Notes: generated by a model not told the origin, from the letters alone. DNA of 62,929 nt, filler included, from Reclinomonas americana ATCC 50394 (GCA_048213135.1; 15 parts of 15 records of this genome joined end to end with filler, not necessarily neighbours in it); one strand, 5' to 3'; shown: positions 23,858 through 37,249, counted from the whole stretch's first letter. Made by a program: numbers and translations.

Positions 23858-26393
23858 ATGAAGGAAGAACTTTCCTTTCCTTGCAATTGTCAGTCAATCC
23901 AATCACCGTGCCGACCACCGATGGCGACGCCATCGCCGCCTCCACCGAGGCCGCCTCCCGAGTCGGCGCGTGAGTCGGCGTTTGTGCGACGCGGCACCGC
24001 GCAGGCACTATGGGAGGAGACGCGACGATTGCGCAAGGCCTCGGCGGAGACGGAGACACCCTTCACGCGACGCACACGCACTGCACTGATTAGCAGAGTG
24101 TCGCACATTCGTGAGAGGCTAGACTTTGAGAAGAGCAACAGAGATCAGGCGCAGATTCGGCGGAAACGCCTCACTGTCTCCGCACGCTCTGTGATGGACA
24201 TGATGGTGGTCGTCGGTACCGATGAAGATGGCAACACGGCGTTGCGTGCACTGAGAGGGGGGAGCTAGAGGGAGGGGGGATTGGTTTTGATAGTGATGAT
24301 GACGATGATGCTGATGATGGAAGAATGTCCGACGTTGATGGTTGTTTCTCACACCCGTGATGGTCTCACTCGCGCAGGTTCAACAAGCCCCCTGAAAACG
24401 AGTACTTTGAGACCAAGGGTGAGGCCACATGCGGCGCGGGTTGGTGCTGTTGGGTTTGTTACTCACATCACATCATACATTTTTTCGTACAGACATGGCA
24501 TTCAGATCGCTGAGCTTCAAGAAGATGCCACCGCGTTTTGTGGAGCTCGTCGAATCCGGTTCGTCTCGCCCTCTCATTTGCCTCCATACCCATGTTCTGA
24601 CGCCCGTCACTGCAGAGCTGTTTGACGAGTTTGTGCTGCAGCTCATTCGCTACTTTTTCGCACTCTTCACGCTGGAAAAGTACATTGCCGAGGACACGGA
24701 AGCGTTGCGTGCATGGAGTGCGTGCTTTGAGTGGATGACAGTCCTCTCACCGATCGCTTCCCCTACATAGGCGACGCTGGCTGCCACCGCAGAGAGTGCT
24801 GGACATGGCGCCGGAATCGTGCGAGACCACGATGAATGACGCCTTTGCGATTGCCTCACGCAAGTACTCGGCGATTTTGCTCAACTTTTCCACCCCCGCT
24901 GCTCGCTACTCTGACGAGTTGCTTTTCGAGGTGCGTTGGGTGGCCAGGGAGAGAGGCACGATATGTAGATTGTGTGGGCACTGTTTTTATTATTCATTAG
25001 TGAGTGAGTCGTGGCCCGCCGCTTTCTCATCGCTATCTCTCTGTTGCTTGTATGTGGGGTGTGGGTGTGTTGGGTGTGTACAGAACTTCCATCGCCTCGA
25101 CCCCGATCCCCGAGAGAACCTCTGCACATTCCGCGCCTTTCACCGTTTCACTGAGCAGAAAAATGTGGGTTCTTTGTGTTCAGTTCGCCCTCCTCTTTTT
25201 TTTCTGATCATCAGTTTCTCGGCTTGCACAGCATCTGTACGATATTGTCAAGTTCATCCTCAAACGCACCTTCCGCGAAGAGAAGCTGTGGCCGGCCTTG
25301 GAGGTCGAGCTCGGCGGATTCTTCCGCACCCGCATGTTCAATCTCGACCAGCGTCGTCATCAGTCCCAGCAAGTCACCTTTGAGGATTTGCCGTACTCGT
25401 TCCGCTTTGCACTGCGCCAGTCCGGTGTGGCTGTGCCGACACTCAAGCTCACGCGCTCCAAACTGCGCGACATTATCACGGCCGCGTCGCCGTTTGTCGT
25501 GCAGATGAACGCCTGCAATCGCAAGCTCGATGTGCGTACACTGTGCTCGTCACTCTCTCTCTCTCTCTCCCGTTCTTGTGTTGCTCACGCACGCTGCGCG
25601 TAACAGCCTCAAGCGCGACCGCCGTCTGCTTCGCTGACTCGCCACGACGCGCTGCATGTGGAGGCACGGCAGGTGGGCTCCGCCCTGGAGAACGCCACGT
25701 ATCTCGCGCGTCCGCTGTCGGCCTCGAATGTCATCCCGCGTGTGCTCTCGTGTGGTACGCATCGCGTTTCTCTCTCCTCCCTCTTGCGTGTATCTCATTT
25801 GTGTGGTGACCGAGCAGAAATGGACACGGACGTGCTGCGCCGCGTGGAGGAGATGCGCACGGCGTTGCGGCCGTTCCCGCGGGTCGTCAGCAACGCAGCG
25901 CAGCACCGGCAAGATCTCGCCGCTCGCCAGTCGTCCTCCTCATCGCCCGCGCCACCGCCGCCTCCACCATCGTCAGGTCTCGACGATGGCACCGACCTGG
26001 AGCGGCCACGGCGCGGCTTTTGCCTGCAAATGTTTTACGGTTGCGTCGCGCGCGCGACCATCCTCTCGTTCCTTGCCAACGTGAGGCACTCATCTTGCTT
26101 GCTTGCTTGCTCGTGCAGCCTACCGTGCCGGTCTCAAACGCAAGGCCACCAGTCGCCCCGCCTCCAAGGACAGCCACCACCGTCCTCACCACCGCACAGC
26201 ATCCTCCACCGCCACCGGCACCGACGCACCTCAGCCTCCGAGCGCAGGCCAAGGAGCACCGACGAGCCCACCGGCCACGCCCGCCTCCAAAGCTCGCAAA
26301 GCCGGCAGCCTCCGCTGGCAATCCAGCGCCGCCTCTGCCTCCCCACCAAGCGGCAGCAAGTCCATCAACGTGCAATCGGGATCACCCGCGTGA
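23858..26393 (+). CDS. PPP1R36-like protein (protein phosphatase 1 regulatory subunit 36 family)
   Basis: Spliced core FDEFVLQLIRYF...ASRKYSAILL...SDELLFE|HLYDIV..F.....LEVELGGFFRTRMFN...ASPFV resembles the PPP1R36-family D..FFE.LY...E.E.GR.FR...FN motif. A possible upstream exon (ATG 23002, donor ~23071) lies across the gap. Confidence 0.55.
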
Positions 26394-26452
26394 ATGTACC
26401 ATTACAATGCAATCGACGAACCACCTAATCAACACTCTGTATTGTGATCCAC

Positions 26453-27365
26453 ATGCGCACGCTTACTCACCTTCTCCTCGCGCTCACTGTGTCGCTGGTG
26501 GTGGCCAGCAGCCTCACTGTGTCGGCGTTCAAGCTGCCAGTGAGCATCGACGAGGCCAAGGTGCACGAGATGATGCACAAGGTGCACGACAGCGTTACCA
26601 GTGGCGTGCACAAGCTGATGGAGTCGCTGCATCAGCATGAGCCCAAGGCCGCGGAGACTCTCAAGGGCGACATTGAGTGCGATGGGTGCCAGATGATGAT
26701 TGGCTTCCTCGAGGCGTTGCGTGCACTGAGGAATCACACACACGCACACACACGTGTGTCATGACTCTCTCTCTCTCTCTCTTATAGGTGGGTGACGGAG
26801 AACACCACTGAGGCAGAGATCTTCGAGTTTGTGGATAAGCTGTGCCCGTACATTCCCAAGGAGTATCAGGTGTGTGTGTGTGAGAGAGAGAGTGTGTGTG
26901 TGTGTGCATTGATTGATCATTCTCATTTCGCTCGTTTATAGGCGGTGTGCCCGTACATGATCCAACAGGTTGACTGTCTCACTCACATGCTCACTGTCAC
27001 CCCGCTCATCTCTCTGACTCCTCTGTGTGTTGCGTGCGCAGATGGGCCCCATTGTGCTGTGGTCGATTACTCAGCGCGCCAACCCCAAGGTCTCGCTCAC
27101 TCTTTCTCTCTCTCTCTGTGTGTGTATGTGTGTGTGTCTCTCTCTGTGTGTGTGTGTGTCTCTCTCTCTCTCGCCCTCTCTTTCCTCTCTTTCGTTGGTG
27201 CCTTGTTGTGCTCACTCACCAGTGCGTGCGTGCGTGCAGGTGGTGTGCGAGGTGATGCGCCTGTGCCCGGCTCCGGTGGTCGGCGGCGCCCTGACCATCT
27301 CTGTGCCGGTGCCGGAGGATCGCAAGCTGGTGGAGAACAACAATACGCGTCTGCGTGGCAACTAA
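26453..27365 (+). CDS. Secreted saposin-like protein (SAPLIP), single SapB domain
   Basis: Signal peptide, then CDGC...WVTENTTEAEIFEFVDKLCPYIP..AVCPYMIQQMGP...NPKVVCEVMRLC. Six-Cys saposin spacing with an N-x-T sequon; 5 exons. Confidence 0.9.
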
Positions 27366-27493
27366 CGCCTCCTCCCTCACTCCCTTCTTCCCTGCTCTCT
27401 CCATCTTTGCTTCTGAATTGAATCCCTTACCCCCCCGAGTTACACTCGCTGACGAGCCCATTGTCGTTTTCATTTCATAACATGTCGCTCTGC

Positions 27494-30400
27494 TCATCGC
27501 GGCACGGCTTTCCTTCTCATGGCGCGGATCTTGGTGACCACGCCGGCGGCCACGGTCTGCGAGCCCTGGCGCAAGGTGACGCGACCAAGCGCACGGAAGT
27601 CGGCGTACAGCTCCAAGCAGATGCGGCGATCGCACTGCAGCTCAATCAGCGCCGCCGTGTTCTTTGGTATGCAGCGCGGCCGTTTCTGGCTCTTGGCCTG
27701 TCCCTGCTTGTCCAGAATGGAGACGAGCTTGCGCACCACGGCACTGACGCTAATAGCCTGTGCAAAAAAGGAAAGGGGGATGGATGTTGAGAGGGTGGTC
27801 GTCGTACCAAAGCACCCAGGGCAAGTGCCGCACCTGTGTGTGCACCATGACTTGCGATCCTTGCAGCAGTGGCACCGGCAAGTCAAAGGTGAGAATTCGG
27901 CAGTAGAACTTGCGGCACAACTTGACCGGCTGCAGCACGTCGCACAAAATCTGGCCCACGCGCAATCGCTCCACATCAATGCCTGTCAGCGACACCTCCA
28001 CATTGTCGCCGGCAATGGCCACTCTCGACTGCTGATTTTGTCGTTCAATGTTCTTCACCACGCAGAATTCGCTCGGCGGCATCACCATTAGCTGGGGGAA
28101 AGGGGAACGGGGCGGGAGGGTAAGCCACGCAGAGACGGCAAGAGATAAACAGCTGCCGAGACGCACCCGGTGTCCCACACGCAAGGTGCCGGCCTCGATC
28201 TTTCCGGCCACCAACACCTGTCCAAAGGTCTTGAACACATCCGACACCACCACGCGCGTCGGCATGCGCACTGGGCGCTCGGGAGGGCGGAAGACGTCTG
28301 CCCATATTAACGCGAGGGGTGTGAGACCTTGTACGCCTCCTTTCACACTCAAGCACAAGCGCACACTGTCTCGCTCTCGTCCTCTGTGTCTTGCTCCTCT
28401 CACTCTCACATCATTGACTCGCTCAGTCTTGACTCCTTGATCTCATTCACTGCCTCTTCCATCAAGTGCACACACACATGCCTCACTCTCTCAATCAGAT
28501 TTCTTCAGTTTCTCTCTCTCTCTATCTCTCTCTCTCTTACACACAGACACACTCTCACTCTATTTCTCTACCATATCTTGCCTTCCTCTCTCTGTTTTTC
28601 TCTCGGTCAAATATTCTTGCCTCACTCACTCTTGACTCTGTTCACGATCTGTCTGTCTATCACACACACACTTAATCTCCATCACTTTCCCCTTCGCACA
28701 CTCCCTTCTGACTTTCCCCCCTTTGCCTCCCTCTCTCTCTCTCTCTTCCCCCTTCATTCCTTCCCTTCCCGCGCACCAATCTGCTCCAACATCGTCGGCC
28801 CATCGTACCACGCATCCAGTGCGGGAATGGCACCACGCATGACCAGATTCTCGCCAGTGAGACCGCTGACCGGCACAAAGTGGACCATCCGCGCGTCAAA
28901 GCCAATACCACTCAAGTACTGCGTGAGCGCGTCGCGAATTTCCGCAAAACGACCGGGATTCCAGTCGATGGCGTCCATCTTGTTCACCGCCACAATCAAC
29001 TCGGAGACGCCGAGCGATCGGATGAGGATCGCGTGCTCCCGGGTTTGTCCGTTTGTGAAGCCCGCCTCGAACTCTCCAGGTGTGGAGTCCACCACCAACA
29101 CGGCCACATCGGCCTGAACACAGTAAAGGGTAAGGACAAGGGGAACAGGGAGGATCTCTCCGTCGCAGATGACTCTCACCTGTGCAGCGCCGGTGATCAT
29201 GTTGGGAATGAAATCGCGATGGCCAGGGGCGTCCAGGAGCGTCACTGCGCGGTGCGCGGTCTCGAAATGCCTCACAGCCACGTCGACCGTCACACCACGC
29301 TCTCGCTCGGCGTCGTTCTCGTCGAGCACCCATGCGTACGCAAACGACTCCTTGCCCATCTGTCCACGAATAAATGTGGTGAGAACCAAGTCGGCAAACA
29401 GATTGAAGTTAATGACCCCGACGCACCTCCTTGCTCTCCTTTCGGAACTTGTGCATTGTCTTCTGGTCCACATGGCCGAGATCGGCGAGCAAATGGCCCA
29501 TCATCGTGGACTTGCCGGCATCCACATGCCCGACCACCACCATGTTCAGCCGTTGCTTGCCCGACGCCAGCGAGTCGATCAGCTGCTGCACATCGTCGCT
29601 GGTGGCTGGCGATGGAGGGGCTGTGCAATGGCACAGGTGAGACAATCCACGAGGAGAGAAAGGCAAACAATCACAACGCACCTGGCAACTCTTCGCCCAC
29701 GGCTCCACGCACTCCCGACCCGCTGGCAAAACCACCATCGTCGTCATCACGAGCCGCCGCGCTGCGGGTTGATACTCATTCGTCATCACCACAGCATATA
29801 TGATGGCCAATTATCACAAACCAACCTTCCCGTTGTCCCAGAGCCACTGGCACCACCGAGGCCCATGCCCTCCAGCGCCTCCTCCAAACCAGCTGTGCGC
29901 GAGAGACAAGAGCAAGTCAGACGATTGCACCAATCGACAAACAACATGGGTGATGGCGAAGCAACTCCTGGCAGGTGCAACAGGCGTGGCGGGCGCCGCT
30001 GCTGTCGGCGCCTTTTTGCCACTCTTGCCGCCAGCATCTGCGGCTACACACGGCGAGGTCATCGACCCGACGATGTGGACGAAAATATGCACTCACTCAC
30101 TCACCGCGTCCTTGAGTTGACGGCGGCACCGGAGAGGCACCCTGGAAGCGACTGCGATCTGTGACACAACGTGCATCAAAATGAGCGCCAGGCGCATCAG
30201 CTACCAGCTGTCCTTCCCCTCTCTCTCCCTCTCTCTCGCTCTCTCCGAAATCACACCAGCGTCAATGGTGCGCAGAGTGTGCGCCGACCACATGCTGAGA
30301 GCGTGCGCGGTGATTGGGAGCGACGGCGAACAGTGGGCGGCGTAGACGGTGGAGAGCGGAAGATTGTCTTCGCACAGAGCAGGACGCAGCGCCCGCACAC

Positions 30401-31448
30401 GAGCGGCCGCCACCATGGAGGCAGGCGGGCGCGATCGGGCGGCAGTCGGCGACCGCGCACTGTTCTCGTCGCACAGCGGACGCGCCAACAACTCCGTCTC
30501 GTGGCAGAGGGCACGCAGATCACGGTCACGCGCCGGCAGCTGCCACACATCGTCGGCGTCGTCGGAGGGCGGCGGTGGCTGGCCAATAACGCGAGCGGCT
30601 GTCGCCTCGATCATGAGGCGGACGGCGTCCGACAGGGTGTTGCCGTCGGGCAGACGACGGGCCGACGACGGCACCGCACGCACACGGTGCTTGTGCAGCG
30701 GAGCTCCTACGCGTCGCTTCTTCGTACCGGTTGCCGTCGGTGTGGGCAGCTGCGCGCGCGCCAAGGCAGACAATTCGGCAGGTTCGGCCACACGAATGGT
30801 GCGACGGCGTGACGCAAACTGGGAAACCGGTGGCACATACGCCACCGACTCGTCTATGTCGTCCAGCAGTGGTGCGGGTGCAGAGGGTGACACGACAGCT
30901 GCTGCCGGCTCGGCAACCGGAGGTTTCGGTGCGATCCCAGCCAGCGGGCCGGCGGTGCCGCGACCACCGGCCACCAAACCACGACCGCGCCCACGCCCAC
31001 GTCCTTCCCCAGCAGAGGAGGAGGAAGAAGAAGAAGAAGGCGGATCGGCGGGTGTCGGGCGAGGAGGCGGCACAAACGAATCGTGATCCGCATCAGTGTC
31101 TTCGTCGCTGCTGTCGCCGGCCGCAACTGCGGCACCGCCGGCCGGCACTCGAGGCGCCAACTCAGGTATCAAGCCGCCACCACCAATACCGCCAGCGCCT
31201 CGTCCACCCGCCAGCAGACCGCGTCCTCGACCACGGCCAATGGCCACGACCGGGACGGCGGCAGATTGCGATGTGGGCGGCGCCGAAGGAGGCACTGTGG
31301 TCGCCGGTGCACGCTTGCCACCACTCGCGCCACCAAGTCCCGCTGACTCGCCACTGGCCGCCAGCAGACTGTCAAGCAAGGCGGTGCCGTCGTCGTCCTC
31401 GTCGTCATCATCCTCGCCACCGACAGTCGACCGCACGCTCCCAGCCAC
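27494..31448 (-). CDS. HBS1: HBS1-like translational GTPase (5' end lost in gap)
   Basis: Motifs: [27 protein letters not shown]...[57 protein letters not shown] and C-terminal [19 protein letters not shown] long N-terminal extension splices in frame. Confidence 0.88.
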
Positions 31449-32732
31449 NNNNNNNNNNNNNNNNNNNNNNNNNNNNNNNNNNNNNNNNNNNNTTAATTAA
31501 TTAANNNNNNNNNNNNNNNNNNNNNNNNNNNNNNNNNNNNNNNNNNNNAAGAATATGTTTCCACATTCTATTCCCTCCCCATCTCCTTTTCCCAGTTCTC
31601 GCCCTCCCATCTCCTTCCCCCAATTCTCGCCCTTCAATCTCCCTTCCCCAATTCTCACCCGTGCCTTTCTTGTTTTCCTCATTCCACTCCAAGAATACAC
31701 TCTCGCACCTCTCCATCCCCACTCCTCCATCCCCTCTCCTCCATCTCCTTTCACCCTCTCTCTGCGATTCATGTGAATTCGGAATTGACCAATCAAATGT
31801 CTCTCCTCGTATCTCCCCACCAGTATCTCAATTCTTGATTCCCCACCGTAGTACCCTTCCTTTCCTTCTTCTTACAAGCGTTCATTGCATCAATTGACCT
31901 GCCTCACCTCTCCTCCGCCCTCCACAATTTTCCCAATCTTCCATCGGAATTGCATCAGTCAATCAATTGCAGCTCCTCACCGGCATCTGAATTCCGCATT
32001 CCCTCTGGCAGAATCCTTCTTCCCCTCTCCGCCCATGTGATCCCATCCTTTGTTTCCAAATCTGACCTCATTCCCACCCTGTTATTCCATCGATGGCCAT
32101 CATTTCAGCTGAATCCGCACCGTTGCTTGCTGCATGCGTCTGTGAGTGAGTGCTTCGCATGATGTGCATCTTCTCCACTCTCTCCATCGACTCCATCGTG
32201 CAATTCATCTCACTCACACCTTCCACCCATCCCTCTGCCGGATTTCTCAGCTGCATTTCATTCGGTGCCATGCCGGATTGCTTCGATTTCCACCCGTTCG
32301 TGCTTCCCATTCTTCCCCTTTCTCCAATTCCATCTCTTGCAGAGTTCTTTTCCTCCCCCCAATTCCCGCCTCCTATTCCTGCATCAACAGCAACCGGCTG
32401 TCTCACCCGCCACGCACCCACACCCACCAGGAGGGCGGCTGGCATGCAATCGGTTTTTGCCTCATTCCATCTGTCCGACAGTTCAACCGATTTCTCCTTT
32501 CCCACTCGTGAGAATGACGGTGGTGGTGGATGATGATTGTGCCTGTGTGTTTGTGTGTGAGCAAGAATGAATGGAGGAGAGGAGGGGAGGAGAGAGAGAG
32601 CGTGTTTTCTTGTTGGTGAGCTCGAGCGAGATNNNNNNNNNNNNNNNNNNNNNNNNNNNNNNNNNNNNNNNNNNNNTTAATTAATTAANNNNNNNNNNNN
32701 NNNNNNNNNNNNNNNNNNNNNNNNNNNNNNNN

Positions 32733-34440
32733 CCCGCGCGCGCTTCCGCCCTCTCGTTCGTGTGAGGGAGCGTGTGTATGCGTCGTGGATGAGTCTCTTT
32801 GCGTCTGTTGATCAAATTCCCACACACTCGTTCTCCTCCTGCGTTCTCTTCTTCCTCCTCTCTCTCTTTCTGCCCTTCCATTCTCATCCTTGGCTCTGGT
32901 CAGAGTGACAGATGGACGTGCACCTGTGCGTTCATGCAATCGCCTCTCTCTCTCTCCTCTCCACTCTCGTTGAATCATCGCTCTGTTATCTCTGCCTCCT
33001 CATTCTCTCTTCCCCCTCCGCCCCCTCTTTCTCTTTCTGCTTCCTTCGCGTCTTCCCTTTCCCTTCCGTGTTCTCCCTCGTTGAATCATTGCTCTGTTGT
33101 TGTCTCTGTCTCTTCATTCTATTCTGCTTTCTGCTTTCTCTCCTTCTCATCTTCTCTTTCCCTTCCATTTCTCCCTCGTTGAATCATTGCTCTGTTGTTG
33201 TCTCTGTCTCTTTATTCTATTCTGCTTTCTGCTTTCTCCTCCTTCGCCTCTTCCCTTCCCTTCTGTCTTCACCCTCGTTGAATCATTGCTCTGTTGTTGT
33301 CTCTGTCTCTTCATTCTATTCTGCTTTCTGCTTTCTCCTCCTTCGCCTCTTCCCTTCCCTTCTGTCTTCACCCTCGTTGAATCATCGCTCTGTTGTCTCT
33401 GCCTCTTCCTTCTCTTTCGCTCTCTCTTCCGTCGCGTCTTCCCTTTCTCCTCCTTTTCACCCTCGTTGAATCATCGCTCTGTTGTTGTCTCTGCCTCTTC
33501 CTTCTCTTCTACTTTCTGCTTTCTTCTCTTCTTTCGCGTCTTCCTTTCCCTTCCGTCTTCACTCTCGTTGAATCATCGCTCTGTTGTTGTCTCTGCCTCT
33601 TCCTTCACTTCTACTTTCTGCTTTCTTCTCTTCTTTCGCGTCTTCCCTTTCCCTTCCGTCCTCTCCCTCGTCGATCCATCGCTCTGTTGTCTCTGCCTCT
33701 TCCTTCTTTTTCCCTTTCCCTGCCTTCGCATCTTCCCTCTCCCCTTCGAATTCCGTCGTCACCCTCCTCTTGCCTGTACTTTGCCTCTCCCTTCTCTTCT
33801 GCTCCTTCGCGTCTTCCCTCTCCCCTTCCGTCTTCATCCTCCTCTTGCCTGTACTCTGCCTGTCTCTGTACCCCTCTCCCCCCTCTCCCCCGTTGCCCGC
33901 CATGCCACCGTTGCTTTCTTCTGTCTCCTCCACCCACCTCTCCCTCTCGCTTCAGATTCACCGATTCACTCTCTACGCCCTCCTTCTTCGCCCAATTCTG
34001 CGCCCACACTCACTTTATCGCGCTCTCCGCCTGCAGGCGATGATTCTGTGTGAGAGCGGTGCCATTCGACCGTCGCTTGTCAGCTGGCGTGATATCGATG
34101 GGAGCTTGCGTGAGCCAGTCGGCGGCCACCGCCGGATTCGCAATATGGCGCATCTTGTTCTTCCTGTTGGTGGCTCTGCGTTGATTGACCGTCACGCACT
34201 CCTCCACAGCAGCAGCTGATGATGCTGGTGGCGTTCGACGATACACACGTGCGGGGTGAGTTGACGGGAGCGGTGAGAGGAGTGGAGAGAGAGAGAAGAG
34301 GATCGTTTGCGATTTGAGGTTGGGTGGAGCGACCAGCATGGTCATGCACTGACACGCATGATGCCACTTCTGCGACAGATGCGTGACGCATTTCGACTCG
34401 CCTGGTCCACATGCTCTACTGCAGCAGGTGCTGCTGGGCG
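32733..34440 (-). CDS. Possible exons of a hypothetical gene
   Basis: Open frame 34010..34567 ends at a gtgagt donor (~34012). This joins in phase to a cag acceptor at ~32803, giving ...ESAIK|RKETHPRR.... No homology was recognised and it could be UTR. Confidence 0.25.
32960..33700. repeat. Pyrimidine-rich tandem repeat, ~99-bp unit, ~8 copies
   Basis: cgttgaatcat(c/t)gctctgtt recurs at 32968, 33079, 33177, 33276, 33375, 33464 and 33566, with a degenerate copy at ~33669. Confidence 0.9.
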
Positions 34441-34829
34441 GCATCCTGTCACTTGCCGCGGTGTCCCTTGACTGCTCGAATGCCCACACACATTTTCTGT
34501 CGATCGGTGTGTGCTTGTGGTGGTGCAACACGAGTGCCGGCTGGCTTTTTTTTCTTCGCTCATACATGCGCTCTCATGTCGCAGGGGAATGAGGCCTGCC
34601 ATCGCACCATCTGTCCATTGTGTTGTGCGAGACGGAGCGCCGTGGCGACGAGATGTGTGCATGTGCCTCGCAATGGCGCGCTCCAGCATCACATTCAGAT
34701 CTCTCCCTGTCCGCCTCTACGCCGACTGTGTTCTTGTGTCTCACATGCTGAGCAGCTGGTGAGCGATTCACGTTTCTTTTCTCTCTCGTTCTTCCTCACT
34801 TCCATTATCCACTCGCGTTGGTCTTATTC

Positions 34830-35620
34830 ACTTCGCCTCCTTCACGCCTCCTCCCACTCTGCTTCTCCTCACCTCGTTTCGCTCTACAAGGACTTCCCTT
34901 TTCGGTCCCTTTCTCCTTCCTCGATCTCTTTTCACCGGCATCCTTCACGACTCCTCTCACTCTCTTTCTCCTTCACCTCGTCTCGTCTCATTTCGCTCTT
35001 TCTTGTGTCTTCTATTGCCTTCCTTTCTTGGCCTCTTTCCTCTGCATTGTCCCCTTCCCGTGAGCCGCCCTTGTTGCTTTTCGTTGATCTTTTTTCACTT
35101 GCATCCTTTATAACTCTGTCCACTCTCACTCCTTTTCCTCACCTCTCTGTGCTTCAAGGACTTCCCTTTTCGGTCCCTTTTCTCCTTCCTTGACCTCTTT
35201 TCACTTGCATCCTTCACGTCTCTTCTCATTCTCCTTCTCCTTCACCTCGTCTCGCCTCGTTTCGCTCTTTCTTGTGTCTTCTATTGCCTTCCTTTCTTGG
35301 CCTCTCTCCTCTCCATTGTCCCCTTCCCGTGAGCCGCCCTTGTTGCTTTTCCTTGATCTTTTTTCACTTGCATCCTTCACGACTCTGTCCACTCTCACTC
35401 TCCTTCACCTCGTTTCGCTCTTCAACGACTTCCCTTTTCGGTCTCTTTCTCCTTTCGTTATCTCTTTTCACTTGCATTCTTCACGCCTCCTTCTACTCTC
35501 TCCTTCACCTGTCTGTGCTTCAAGAACTTGCCTTTTCGGTCCCTTTTCTCCTTCCTTGATCTTTTTCACTTGCGTCCTTCACGCCTCCTCCCACCCTGCT
35601 TCTCCTCACCTCGTTTCGTT
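34830..35620. repeat. Pyrimidine-rich tandem repeat, ~265-bp unit
   Basis: A caaggacttcccttttcggtc-like block recurs at ~34887, 35155, 35423 and 35521. ccccttcccgtgagccgcccttgttgct occurs twice. Confidence 0.8.
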
Positions 35621-36036
35621 CTCTCCTGTGTCAGCTGATCGCTCTTCAATGGCCTCCCTTTCAATGCCTCCCATCGTCCGCTTCTCAAGACCCGCCCTTT
35701 TTCTCCTTCCTTCATGTCATGCACTTGCATCATGCCTCCGTGCACACACTCTCTCTTTCCTCTCGTCTCGCATTGTTCTGCTTCGTGTCGATTGCAATTG
35801 AGGGATGCTTGCTCGTCACTGTGCCGCGTTCCACGCTTGCTATCCTCTTCCTCCCCACTCCGATTTGTGCCTACCCTCTCTTCTCTTCCTTTTGCACTCA
35901 CGTAATTGCAGCGCGCTACTCCTCTCTCATTCTCCGCATTCCATCCCGTTCGCCGATGTCTGTCCCCTTGCTTCACAACCCACTCTCTCATCTGATTGTT
36001 TTTCTCACAGTCCTTTGTTCCTGTTGCGCAGTGTTG

Positions 36037-36329
36037 GACGGTTGGGGCCGGGGGAACACACTGGATGGGTATACTCTGTCGTCGTTACTCTCGATGGCCA
36101 GCACATCGTGAGTGGCAGTCGGGACGAGACGATCCGTGTGTGGTCCACTCCGCGTGGGCTGGCGGGGCAAGAGGTTGCGGCCGCACGCTCAGCCGTGCTG
36201 GCTGTCAACGAGCTGCTTGCCGAAGATGACTGTGACTGGATTCTCGTCGATGTTGTGCTGCGGTGTTTTGTGTTGGAGGATGCAGAGGTGATTGAACGCC
36301 GTGCGCCTGGATGGTGCTGGACGGAGTGA
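36037..36329 (+). pseudogene. 5'-truncated WD40 gene fragment (last blade + type-B tail)
   Basis: EHTGWVYSVVVTLDGQHIVSGSRDETIRVWSTPRG...VLRCFVLEDAEVIERRAPGWCWTE*. The upstream sequence is unrelated and CT-rich, with no MATK exon. Confidence 0.7.
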
Positions 36330-37249
36330 GCTCAATGAATGTACGATGACTGATGGCTGTCACTGCGCGACTCTCTCATGTTGACCGCCACACCGCCTCA
36401 CACGTGCTTCTCCACTGCCTTGCCAAGTGCAGGCAGCCGGAAAGCAGATACAACACAGTGCTGTGCAGTGGGATTGCAAGAAGAGAATCCCGAGTGCGAG
36501 GTGTGCGAGAGGTGGTTGAGGTGAGGCCATGGAATGAACAGGCACACGCGTGTTGCTTGGCATTGAGCGAGTCCTCGCTCTCCCACCCAAACACACGCCT
36601 TGTGCTTGTGCCTTCATGTCGCTTCGTCATTCGAACGCGGCGTTGAAACAGCGGCAAGTGGCATCATCGCCCGCCTCCCCTTCTCACGCGGGCACCGCGT
36701 GTCCATGGAGAGCGCGTCAGGCATCGATTCAGATGGCCACTCTTCTCGTTACACACGCCACGGGGAGAGAGAGTGCACTTGCCCTGCGCACTCGTTTCCC
36801 GCGCGTGCGTGTGTACCCTGACAACTGGTTTGTCGCACCCACTCACGAACTGCGCTGCTTCTTCCCTCTCTTTCTGAATCGTGTGTTGTTGGCCTCCACC
36901 CGACTCACGTGCGTGGCTCAGAGGGAGTTGATGCTCGTGGCGTGTCGAGTTAAACAGGCTCGGCATGCATGCACGCACCCTCAATTCCGCAACATCTCGC
37001 TCACATTGCTGGTTGAGAATGGAGCACCACGACGGGGACGCAGAGAGACACAGGGCACAGAGACACAAACAGCACCGCGAGGCGCACGCACACACGCGCG
37101 AGAGAGAGTTGATGTTGATGTTCCGTCGGATGAATCAGAGTTGGTGCTTNNNNNNNNNNNNNNNNNNNNNNNNNNNNNNNNNNNNNNNNNNNNTTAATTA
37201 ATTAANNNNNNNNNNNNNNNNNNNNNNNNNNNNNNNNNNNNNNNNNNNN

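Noticed and set aside
27494..29560. EF-1alpha or eRF3 assignment for the GTPase
   Set aside because: [31 protein letters not shown] and the long N-terminal extension fit HBS1 better.
32960..33700. CRISPR-like regularly spaced motif
   Set aside because: The intervening sequences are homologous CT-rich repeats, not unique spacers; eukaryotic context with no cas genes.
33097..35801. Long Leu/Ser/Phe-rich ORFs (also 154-1720 and 10912-11982)
   Set aside because: They arise from stop-poor CT/GA low-complexity repeats in introns or intergenic DNA.
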